Shown here: positions 52,601 through 64,000 of the stretch, piece after piece
Position numbering within the stretch: the stretch's first letter is position 1
Layout of the letters: each line of letters opens with the position of its first letter
Assembly: GCA_003344405.1 (NCBI GenBank)
Contig: NOWV01000106.1
Span: 1 to 64,000, forward strand
Direction of reading: 5' to 3'
DNA: 64,000 nt
DNA from: Trichoplax sp. H2
Lineage: Eukaryota
Notes under the pieces: generated by a model
What the model saw: the letters and a program-made list of their open reading frames with translations, nothing else
What the model was told of the DNA's origin: nothing
The model's database searches: none
Position numbers and translations under genes: made by a program

Positions 52601-55048
52601 AGCTGAAATTGATTGCACCAATAATAGTGGTTGTACACCACTTCATTTAGCGTGCAAAAGGGATTTTCCGAAGATAGTTGTAAATATTCGATAATGTTGA
52701 TGAAATTTATAATGATATTGAAATCAAAAGTTTATTGATGAAGTTACTTGTTTATGTTCAGAGGCTTTTATGTGAGAAGGGTGCTAGCATGAATGCTGTT
52801 GACAACGATGATTTTACTGCATTACATTTTTGTGCCGAAAATGGCCACGAAGAGGTTAACTTCAGCGTAATACTTACATATACAGTAGTATGCCCTTGAG
52901 ATCTTACTAGATACACAAGAAAGCGCCTGACATTCAGCAGCTTTCTAAATGTCTTGTAATTAATGACTCAAATTTAATAAATGTAACCTAACAAGTGATT
53001 TATATTAGACCGCAAAGGTACTTCTTTTCAACGAATTTAATGGAAAGCGTGCCTCAATTAATACTTCAGATATTAATGGCAATACTCCCTTACATATCGC
53101 AGCTAAATGGGGCTATGGTATCTATTTTATATTTTTCAAACATTACATGCTTCGTTTAATGAATCTCAAGTATTTTTAACCGTAATGTACTATACAATTT
53201 ATCTCTAAATCTTTATACACAATTTATAGCAAACTTAGTTGAACTATTTGTTGAGAATGGAGCTTCTATTGAAGCCAGAAATAATAATATGGAAACAGCA
53301 TTGGACTGCTCTAATCTATCCAAAGTATTCTTTTATCATATTATTACTACACATGTTGACCTATTAAAGTGATGGATACATGTAAATTCTATTTTAGATT
53401 TCCCAGATTATTTCATTAGCAAGATTTGCTCGTAAAAGCTCTAAAGATGTAAGAGTTTTGCTGTTATGATAGTAAATCTTATTATATTGAGATCCTTCCA
53501 ATAGGTCTAAGTGAATGTAACGATCTCCTCCACTTCATAGGATGTATACAGGTCATTAGCATCTTCAAATGTAGCATCTGCAATGCCTAGCGTATCTAGC
53601 AAGCAAGATTCAGATGATCGTCGTGCTAAACAGGTTTGATACATAGATATACTCTAATTTAAATCCTATTACTACACGTAACAACATTTTTATATTATAG
53701 ATCAAGCAACTCTTCATGGCTATTGCTGATGACGATATTGAAATGGTAATTACCAATATTCGTCATACTATGTATGCATATATAAATTTAGATTAAGATG
53801 TTATCTATCTTTAGGTGCGCTTTATTTTCGGTTGGAGTTCTAATACTCCACAGAAAGAAGTCGTAGATAAAAAGAAAGCATGTCATCCACTATGTCAGTG
53901 TTCAGAATGTAGTCAAAATAACGTAAGCATGATAGCATAACTTGGAAATATAACCTGTATCAACAATGAATCTACCTTAGAATATCGTTACTACTACTGT
54001 ACTAGTAGAAGTTTTATGTTCTTTTTTTTCATCCAATCTTTTAGAAATCTAGTAGTGATCGGTCTGTTCTTACAACTACTTCCACCGATGTTAAAGGTTA
54101 TACGTCTTTGCATATGGCTGCAATTTATGGAAAATCTGAAATTGCTGCTATACTTCTGCGAGAAGGGGGTGCAAATTGTAATGTTAAAACTAAGGTTGAG
54201 CTTTTAACTCCCTTGCATCTTGCATGCCAATGGAATCACGTTAATGTAGGTTTCATGTTTCTAATTGGTTTTACAGAAATAAATAAGGACTATTTTGGAT
54301 ACTGTACTATACTTTACCAGAATTACACTTATTCTCTTTCTTTCGGTATCTAGGCAATATCGATCTTATTAGAGCATCAAGCTAGGATAAATGCTAAGAA
54401 TGTACAAGGGAATACCCCTCTGCACCTTTGCAGTGCAAATGGTCACATCGATGCTTCATTAATTCTTTTAAGCGTGAGTAAAGTCATTGGATACGTACTG
54501 AAAAACGTATCAGCTAAACAAATGCTAAATTAACCAACAAAACGTTTTTCTATTTCAATCCAGCATGATGCCTATGTTAATGTCAAGAATTATCAAGGAG
54601 ATACACCATTACACCTCGCCTCTCGGTACTGGTGATATAGTCCTTGTATATTTATAACCCTGAGATTTACGTCTAGCTAGTAGAAACTGATTCTTATTAT
54701 TCGCTAAATGAAGGTGGAATCACGCGGCATTGGCAAATCTGCTGCTTGATTACGGCGCATCACCTACTATAAAAAACAACATGCAGCTAACACCTTTGCA
54801 ATGTGCTAAGGTATAGTTTAATATACTTACACTTAATTGTACTCGTTATTCGTACACAACATAGTCGATATTTTAAAGATTTTGAAATCTAAAGATATAC
54901 ACTGAATGTTGCTGTAACAGAAATTGCATTTGTATGCCTCTTATTGTAGGATAATGAAGTACTACAATCACTAACAAAGGCTAAACCCAAGGAAGTAAAC
55001 GGAAACGTAGATCGCTTAAAAATTATTGACAGCACTCCAGACGGATAA
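46656..55048 (+). CDS. ANKRD27: VARP: VPS9 domain, two ankyrin-repeat clusters and two Zn-fingernail motifs; many small exons
   Basis: Exon 1 (46656-46754) reads MVRYDEDLFDNPFYKAI, followed by ICVPRK and ILFEETHY. VPS9 core: TDDLLPIL..KAEIPNW..YIKNFHFS. HPLCQCPKC (52237-52263) and HPLCQCSEC (53884-53910) are present, with ankyrin motifs GNTPLH/GCTPLH/GDTPLH. Stop TAA at 55046-55048. Confidence 0.93.
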
Positions 55049-55870
55049 ATTTTATCCCTTGTAGCAAAATGTAAGACTAAAATAATTACAATTAATCACC
55101 AAGACAATTGTAACCTAAAGCTTTAAAAGATAAACATTACAATAGATTGAATACAATAGTGAAATTCTCGCTAATTCAATGATGATAAAGTTTAATATGA
55201 TAAGTACTGCATTGTCCTTAATGAATATTGCATCGTAAAATCACATTTTGTGACGAAATCTATAATACTACATGTCTGTATACATGATGAAAATATTTTG
55301 CGTAGATACGATTATATTATTAGCTATAAGCTATAATGTAAAAAACTCACAAGTTTTTTATACTCAAAGGTATTTTGAAATAGCGTACTGTCCGAACTTA
55401 GCTCAGTTAAACGACTAAACTTTCACTTTATGTACTTATGATTCTGCTTAAATTTTACTGTATGTAATAAGCAGTATATCATCGTTTACCGGTATTTGAG
55501 CTAGAATACTTGCAGTAATATTGAGTTTCCACAAACTACCTTTAGTTGAAATCAATAAAATTTTAAACCAACAATTCTATCAACTGAATATATCAAGTTT
55601 AGCAATTGCGATGAGAGCATACATGTACAATGATTTGGTTTCAATTTGAACATATTTATTAACTTTCCATTGCATTATATCACCGTGATATCGATACCAA
55701 AATTGTAAAATCATAACATTTAATGCTATAAAATGGTTAACAGGATACGATACCCAGTTGATTTCTAGCTCATATTCATCATTCTAATAAATTCGATTGC
55801 ATAATTTAAAATTTATCTTTGAGCAATATCTACTGTACAATGTCTGTGTTTACTGATACCACCCGTCCAT

Positions 55871-58800
55871 TTAACTATTTCGTATATTCTTACTACCATT
55901 ATTTCTTTGAAACGGATATAACTGCTGACGTTTGAGGACTTCCAATGCAGAAGCCACATTACCTACCAATTATAAATTCACGAATAGTCAAACGTTAGGG
56001 TAATTTCCTTACGAGAGTAAAGTAATTCAATGTATTTACCATTTGCAAGCTCAATATAGATCGAAATCAGAACAGCTCCAGGTATGTGCTCTTTTTCTAG
56101 CCGAAGTACTGATGCCTTAGAAGGCATCACGATCAATGCAATGATTCAATTAGAAACTATTTTGCAGAATGTTATTTCAAAGATCCAAAAGTACCTGTTC
56201 TATACACTTCCGGGCTTTCTCTGGCTTTCTCTGCAAGCAATATGCACTGGCTAAATTGACAAACATTAATGCACGAGCAGATTCTATTGTTCTAGGAAAT
56301 TTGTGTCGTGTTGCTGCTAAGAAAAGGCAATAAATTATTACCAAGTAATCAACATTAACATAGCAATAGTATAAAGTTGACGATGATACCTGAGCTAATG
56401 TTATCGGCTTCAGTCTTATTTTCTATAGAATATCCAAAATAGTCATTCATTCATTATTGATATTATGCCAGAACACCGTGTAGAGTTTACTCTGCGAAAT
56501 GTATACAGAAATGGGCTATTTAGCTATTGAAATAATTTACAATACCTGACGTTGTTTCGGGTTGTGTTGAAAATGAACAAGAGATATCAGTAATTGTTTC
56601 CGGCGATAAATGCTGTACTGCCTCATCAATTTTATTCAAACGTATTAACGCTTCTGCTGCGTACATATGACCCAGATATCTAAGCAAAAGTAATAGAACG
56701 TTAGGCATTGCCGGTACAACCAATATAACGCCGAGTACACTAAATACCTATATAATCCAGGTAGAGAAGGCAAGGCAAGTAACTCTTTACTACGTTCTAA
56801 AGCTAAGACAAGTTCTCCCAATTGCAACGAAACGAATGCAATGGCAGCAAGAATTGCATACCTTTAAACATAAATATGTAACTCAGGTGTTGTGTAATAA
56901 CGTACTTTGGATACTGTAGTAAGAAAATAAAATTATCCTTTCGTACCTTAGCGCAATGATGTCATGCGCATTCATTCCAGCAGCGGAAGGGGAAAAGTAA
57001 ACTTTTGCCCTTCTGGTATTATAAATATAGTAAAACAGTAAATGTATTTGAGAACGTCTAGACATCTAACAGAACTTCATAAATATTGATCATAAGTAGC
57101 CGAATCGCATTAGATAGGCATCAGAGTTGGTGACACTTACGACCGTGAATTGTCGTTCCTTTGTATCGCTTGATCATTATTATTATAATTTACACTTGAT
57201 AACAAGAGCAACGCATTTTTTAAACATGGAAGAGCAAATTTCAATGACGGTTCAGGATTAGCAACAGAAATACCATGGGAAGGAGGCCTAAGAAATACAT
57301 CTCGTATTATAATCTAATCTATAATAATTCCACAGTATGTAATACCCAAATTAAATATCATTTTACTATGTCAACCTACAAATATCTATACGAATAATCT
57401 GCAGTAGGTTTTAAGACTGTTTTTTGATGTTGGCCAACTCCTACAACAGTGCTGACTATATAACTCTTATTTTGAGCTTTGGCAGCAATTTCTTCTTCAC
57501 CCTAATGAATGACAAGCGTTAGTATCAAAGTATACATGTTCAATAACAACGATCTCTAAATAGTTTTCTATCAAAAATTGAACAAAAGTAGTATTGTCGC
57601 TTACCATACGGTATGCGCTAATACAGCATTCAGCTATACGAAACCAATATTTTGGATCAGTGTTGAAGGCTTGCATACACTGGATTAAAGCTTCGAATCC
57701 CGGAAGAGGCCGATTAGAAAACAGTAATTCAATACCAATATTATACAAAAGTTCATAGTGACGATTTAAAGCTTGGACCGCTGATAGACTATTAATGTTA
57801 CCTATATAGAGAAACAATAGCAAAAAAGCTAAAATCAGCAAAATAAGTTTATTTTAGGATATGGGGTATGTAAACAGATATTTTAAATACTAACCACTAT
57901 CATTGGGCTTTTGTATACATTCCTCATTGACATTCATTGCCTTCTTACAGTATAAAGCAGCCAAATTATGCTTCTTCATCTGATGATGAATGCATCCAAG
58001 GTTATTATAATACATCACTATTAATTCATTGCTGTCAAGACGCGGTGAACTGTTCAATATTTTGATAGATTTTCGATAATTCTTTCGTAAATATTCAAAA
58101 TTACTCTTCAGGAAATGGGCTGTTGGTGTCTAATTTAAAAAATTGGGTAAAGCGAACGCAAAAATAAAAAAGACGTTAGACGATTCGAGAAATGATCGCA
58201 ATTGATATCACACTAATTTGTTAATTGAACTTACAACAGGAGTGGAGCTCATCAGAATTTTAATTTCTCTCTTACATAATTTAAGAGGTCCATTTAAAAG
58301 GTGTAATCGGGCCTTATACTATAGCATTAGATTTAAAAATGCTCCAATATCAAAATCTCTGTAATCGCAGTACCAATTAGGTTAATATACTAACTACTAT
58401 TATAATAAAATAACAAACCTGATTAAACTTCATTTGTAAGCTTTCTGATTGTAAACCGTGCTTTGTTCCACCGCCCACTGTGAAAAAGGTCTGAAACGAA
58501 GCAAAAGAAAAATTTTCAACTTAGCTTACAGTATCCTAAACTCTTGCATCATATCCATAACCATCATAATCGGTATAAAGTAAAGCTATTATTACTACAA
58601 CCTCAGATTTTTCATGATGTTGATTTGTTGATCCTTTTTCGCTAGAGGTAATCATTTTTTCAATATATGCTAGTTTCTCACCGGCCATATTTGCCTGAAA
58701 GTCAATGAATACCTTTAAAATTTTTGTTAAAAAATTTCTGAAAGAATCTTTCCTTAAATTTAATGTATGCTTAAGTTGATAAGGCGTTGATGTTTACTCA

Positions 58801-61800
58801 GTTGCAGTGATAGTAGTTATAAATTATACTCGGATTTTTATTTCATAAATAGGTTCATTTAGTTACAATACTGTCACGAAATACAACCTAAGGATATGTT
58901 ATATTCGATTGCAGTAAAAAATAGCATATAGCGCATAAAATAATACTTTATATCATACCTGCCGTGTTGCAAAACTTAAGTCTGCAGCAAGAAAACAAAT
59001 CTTACAGGCTAGATTTTCGTCTAAAATTTTAAAAGTACATTTTACAGTAACGATTAGTATATATATATATATATAAGAGTATATCTGCGTAATTCAAAAT
59101 TACATGTATATTATTGATTGCTGTAAATAGTAACAGAAATAAATATCTACTGGATGATAGTAGTAATATTGACAAGTATCATGTCTCAAGATAATTGGAT
59201 CCTTTTATTCATTCATTTACCTAAGGGTTCAATAATTTTGAATAAACCTTCGATAATATCAGAAGCTTTTTCGTATTGTCTAAACTGTTGGATATTAAAT
59301 ATCAAATCATTTAGATTAACGTTAATACAAAAGCAGGTATGAAGAGTTGTTTTACGATAATAATAAAAAAAGCCTCACAAAATAGAGAATTAAAGCTTTA
59401 TTGTAGTTTAAAGCAGCCTGATCAAATTCATCCACACTATCTTGATCTTCACCATTTTCACCTGAAAACTAAATAACGACAACAAATTACTCCTCAAAAA
59501 ATGTTCTGGTCCAAGCTAATTATTTAACCGACTATTGTAAAGGTGTCGTTTTGCAGCGAAATATTATCTTGCTTAATGTAAGAATTAAGGCTATTGACCT
59601 ATTATTAACTGTCAAGTTTTACGTCTCTACCCAAGCTATAGTACAGTATCAGATGCCTCGATGATACATTAAAGTTTTATTTTTACTAAAAATCAACGAC
59701 AAAATCGAAGAGTAATAAGATGATTGATCATATAATCATTCTAGAACCAAAACTGTACTTCAGCTCACGCCGTCAGTACAATTTCATAATTACAATCAAT
59801 CAACGACTAAAATTAATCTTATGTCATGAAGAAGTATATAATGTATGTATTTTAACGGCAAATACTATTGGATACCGTTGCAGTACGACAGGAAAACAAT
59901 CACTAGTTTTACTAATACGACAGTGGAGTACGATATCTTTACGATATCATCATCAACACGTGCATCTTCAAACTTGTAATCTCTTAAATAACTAGTTTGC
60001 TAGATTTCCATGTAATCTTTGTACTTAAATATTGGATATCATAAGATTACTGAAGTCATCGTCAATCGCATTAACATTTCTTTGCAGATACTAAACACCT
60101 AAAATATAGTATGATGACTACATAGTAGTGACTATAGCTATTAGTTGCTTTTAAGATTATATGCAATTATACATTGAAAATTGCAATAGGCGGCGGTTAT
60201 ACGTTAAGGTAGAGGAAGCATAGTGTTTTATAAAGTAGTCCATATAACCCTTAACAAAAAAGACCACATTTATTATTCTATTTTAACTGCTCACAAAAAT
60301 GTTAATGCATAGTAAGTATACCACAGCACATAAGATATATCTTGCATCGATCTAAGCATCTAAGTTTTGCATAAATACTGTCGCTATAGTAATAATTTGC
60401 AATTTATGTATCAATAGTACATGTTTATGGTAAATTGGCAATGCAAGACTCGTACGTATGTTATATACTGTACACAGTAGAGTAGAGTAGTGTAGTATGG
60501 CATTAGCCTTTTATCTAGTCGTTGTACAATGCTTAAATTACGGCATAAATTAGTATTGCACTACGAAAAAAGCAGCGTTAAGCATATACGAGTAAATAGA
60601 CTTGAAGGAAACGGCTACTCAGCAGTCTTGCAGATGGGTGTATCAGATTAACCTTCTAAGCGATTTATGACCTGGTCATATTGTACAAGAGCCAATGTAT
60701 GACTGAGTACAGTATAGTACAAGCGGATAGATTTTTAAAGTCCATATTGTGCGAGGACCCACAATCAACGGGTTATGTTGAAGCATGTTAAATCAAATAT
60801 CGCTTTTAGATGACAATTTAATTACCATAAATGATACCTGAAAGCAGTGATCATGTAGACTATCTCGATGTACGCGTAATTACTACTGTTTTTGATCATA
60901 CAAAGACGAATTAACTAACCCACGTGGGTAAAAACTCATAACGAGGCTACATACAATAATAGTGCAATAATTAGTTTGTGAGCCCTATCAAGATTAGTTT
61001 ATACTATTGACGATGGTATTTTATCACTGCACAAATGCGGTCGTTTATCCTAAATCACTGAAGTATAATTATTCCAACAAGTAAAACACACATGACTATT
61101 TAACATAATTAGTATGTATATTCGTATAAGACAGTCAAGTAATAAGCACACATGTCACGCCGAGTGTACGTCTAACTCCTGTTTGTATTTTTAAAAATTT
61201 AAGCCAAATACAGTATATAAACAATCAAAATTTTGAGTAGTATCACGTTTATTTCGATGTAGGTCATGTAAAGTGATACAACGGTTATCATGGCTGTTGT
61301 TATAAAAAAAAAGTACACGTACCAATTGGTAATAGTACCTAATCGTGCAATATTAATTGACAATTGAATAGTTTCAACTTTGCGATCATGGATCAATCTA
61401 TCACTGACTGCATGGTATGGGTATATATATCTATTCTAGTTTGTTTGCCGGCACAGTACTGTACTGGCACAATAATTCCTTCATCTTACCTGAATTAAGA
61501 CACTGTCGAAGACTTTTGTTAATTCATCCAATTTGGTACAGCTAGATTTATAGAATTGAGCGACTCCTAGATTGTGACAGACTTTGGGATCATTTTGACG
61601 AATTTCTAACAATTCATTGATTGTTCGTAAACATTCTTCATATTTACGAGAATGAAATTGTAAGAGCGCCTTTTGAGCTAATACTCTTTCATCGTCTATT
61701 CAATCATATAGAAAAGAATATGATAATTTAGTCGAGGAAATAGCCTCAATTCAATTACCCTTTTACAGTAGTCAAGTGTCTAAATTGAGTGAATAGAACT

Positions 61801-62480
61801 GATGTTAACATAGTATCCCCCCCAAAATACTGAAAGTCAATAGAAGCTAGCGGCGCAAAAATAATCAATCACCTAATTCCATTTTCATCGATACTCTATA
61901 ATAGCTAGAATTGTAGCGATGATATTGTATAGAAATAGATACCTACTGCCTATTCTAGAGTTAAGAATATTGCATCAAGATGGACTTCTCGTATATATAG
62001 CTAGTAAGCGGTGACCTTATCTTCATTTATCTATGATATAGGTCTGACTACCATAGGTAATAAGCGTATCTTGCACGTTGTCTCTAGACTGTACTGTCTC
62101 TGTACAGTATCGCTTTGCTAATAGTCACTATCCAAAGACTAAAAAAGTACGTCTATGTCGATGACATTGGTTTCTATGCTGATTTCGATACTCATGCAAA
62201 CACAGTATAACAGACAAGTATTTCTATTTTAGGGTATTCATGTTATAATGGCACTAGAGCTAAAAAAAATTCATAAGGAAACGTGAATAAGCTCTCGATT
62301 CGTCTAGCTAAGGTAAATACTATACACCGCATGACATTTCATTGACAAAATACACAAGGAATTGACAGTGTTTTTTTTTTAAAGTTAATCAAATTTACCC
62401 GAGGCGAGAATTCCATTGGAAGAACGATCATTTTTGCCTTCTTTATGGTCTTCGCTATTAGCTTTAATACTTTCACTCAT
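55871..62480 (-). CDS. CNOT10: CCR4-NOT complex subunit 10 (TPR protein), multi-exon
   Basis: First exon 62480-62399, then DPKVCHNLGVAQFYKS, YNKALILYFFRQY, IIEPLDE, FLKSNFEYLRKNYRKSIKILNS, YNNLGCIH, YELLYNIGIELL, WFRIAECCI, YLGHMYAAEALI and YIELANGN. Stop at 55873-55871. Confidence 0.92.
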
Positions 62481-62666
62481 GCTCAAGTTAGTCAATATAG
62501 TTTACTCTTAATAAAAAAACGATTTTAATTCAATATTTTATGGTGGCTTGGATCACCACACAGCCAAGTTTTCGTTGTTACGTCGAATCGTAGAGGAAGA
62601 CGAAGGCGTGCTATCGAACGCAAGCGCGTGTATCGTACACAGGCGTATGAGGTGAAGGAACTTCAG

Positions 62667-62950
62667 GTACAGTACAGTACGTACTGGACGATGTTTCGAA
62701 AGCTTCTAGCTAGATGAAAACATTACAGTACTGTACAGTACAGTACAGTACAACTACGGTACAGTATTGTACAGTACTGTACAGTACTGTACTGTACACC
62801 AGCGTTTTCTCTCTTTTAGGTGTCCTCACTGTACCGTACCGTACTGTACTGTACTGTACTGTACTGTACAGCAATCTACAGTACAGTACAGTACTATCTG
62901 TGACTTACTGTACTGTACTGTACAGTACAGTATGAGTAATATTGAGTACT
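62667..62950. repeat. TACAG/CTGTA pentamer field directly upstream of CNOT10
   Basis: Runs of gtacagtacagtacagta and tactgtactgtactgtactgtac adjacent to a CpG-rich segment at 62570-62660. Confidence 0.9.
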
Positions 62951-63529
62951 GTATGTCTGAGCGGGACTGGATCGGGATTGACCGGATCGGTATCATTGGT
63001 CTAGAACTGCAGTAGACCTCAATGCTCCAATGCCCATTGACAAAGGCTACAAACACTCGAACAAGTTCAGTGCTGGTACAGTACTTGCATTTGAGTGTTA
63101 CCAATAGTGCAATTACAGCTACGTTGGTCTTTGTCTCGTCAACTTGCAGTATTGCATTGGCGCCAATAACATGATGGCAATGATGTTGCAGTCTAAACAA
63201 TAAGTTCTATACCAGGCACTACTGACAAGGAAGAGAGTACAGTACAGTAGTAAAAATAAGAGGCCGACTATTTTGCTGGTCATCTCAGCTAAACCGTATA
63301 TCTGAAAGGATAAACTGGACCACTATCCATCATCTTCATCCTGTTTGCTGATTTTGTACAGTGCATGACTGTAGAATAACCAGAAAAGTGATAATCCCCT
63401 TATTATTTTGCACTGAATCTACTGTACGGTGTACGGCAGTACAGTATCACTTCCACGATTGCTCTATCCTCGTCTTTATCATGGTACCGTGCTGATGTCT
63501 GTCCATCCANNNNNNNNNNNNNNNNNNNN

Positions 63530-64000
63530 AAAATACACAAGGAATTGACAGTGTTTTTTTTTTTAAAGTTAATCAAATTTACCCGAGGCGAGAATTCCAT
63601 TGGAAGAACGATCATTTTTGCCTTCTTTATGGTCTTCGCTATTAGCTTTAATACTTTCACTCATGCTCGAGTTAGTCAATATAGTTTACTCTTAATAAAA
63701 AAACGATTTTAATTCAATATTTTATGGTGGCTTGGATCACCACACAGCCAAGTTTTCGTTGTTACGTCGAATCGTAGAGGAAGACGAAGGCGTGCTATCG
63801 AACGCAAGCGCGTGTATCGTACACAGGCGTATGAGGTGAAGGAACTTCAGGTACAGTACAGTACGTACAGGACGATGTTTCGAAAGCTTCTAGCTGGATG
63901 AAAGCATTACAGTACGGTACAGTACAGTACAACTACGGTACAGTACTGTACAAAGTACAGTACACCAGCGTTTTCTCTCTTTTAGGTGTCCTCCCTGTAC
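63530..64000. repeat. Second copy of 62347-62834, including CNOT10 exon 1 and promoter, after a 20-N gap; probable second haplotype
   Basis: Near-identical sequence starts exactly at the end of the gap at 63510-63529. The copies differ by a few substitutions and in pentamer copy number. Confidence 0.85.

Noticed and set aside
59455..59475. Apparent need for a microexon in CNOT10 intron 2 (phase mismatch at the CAG acceptor)
   Set aside because: An upstream TAG acceptor 7 nt earlier (gttatttag|TTT TCA GGT GAA) restores the frame.
63580..63664. Second CNOT10 paralogue or alternative first exon
   Set aside because: Lies in the post-gap near-identical duplicate and is best explained as the other allele.

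Overview
AT-rich eukaryotic (metazoan) genomic DNA with compact genes and short GT-AG introns. The composition, intron size and gene repertoire suggest a non-bilaterian such as the placozoan Trichoplax; this is an inference, not a verified assignment. Nine protein-coding genes were reconstructed by hand from splice sites and translation: an EF-hand-like/charged-helix repeat protein (partial, -), G-protein beta-5 (-), a TTC24-like TPR protein with a CaaX tail (-), tyrosine aminotransferase (-), an intronless class A GPCR (+), SNRK kinase (+), mitochondrial malonyl-CoA:ACP transacylase (-), ANKRD27/VARP (+) and CNOT10 (-). No prokaryotic system, CRISPR array, rRNA or tRNA was recognised. Four kinds of non-coding structure remain unexplained: (1) two degenerate tandem arrays with ~140-200 bp units, each apparently inside a 5'-UTR intron; (2) self-complementary TACAG/CTGTA pentamer fields next to promoters; (3) an orphan motif-dense promoter at ~23.1 kb beside a chain of apparently non-coding minus-strand exons; (4) three 20-N gaps flanked by duplicated, probably allelic, sequence. 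Two of those duplications expose ~330-350 bp presence/absence inserts that both begin TGTTAC.
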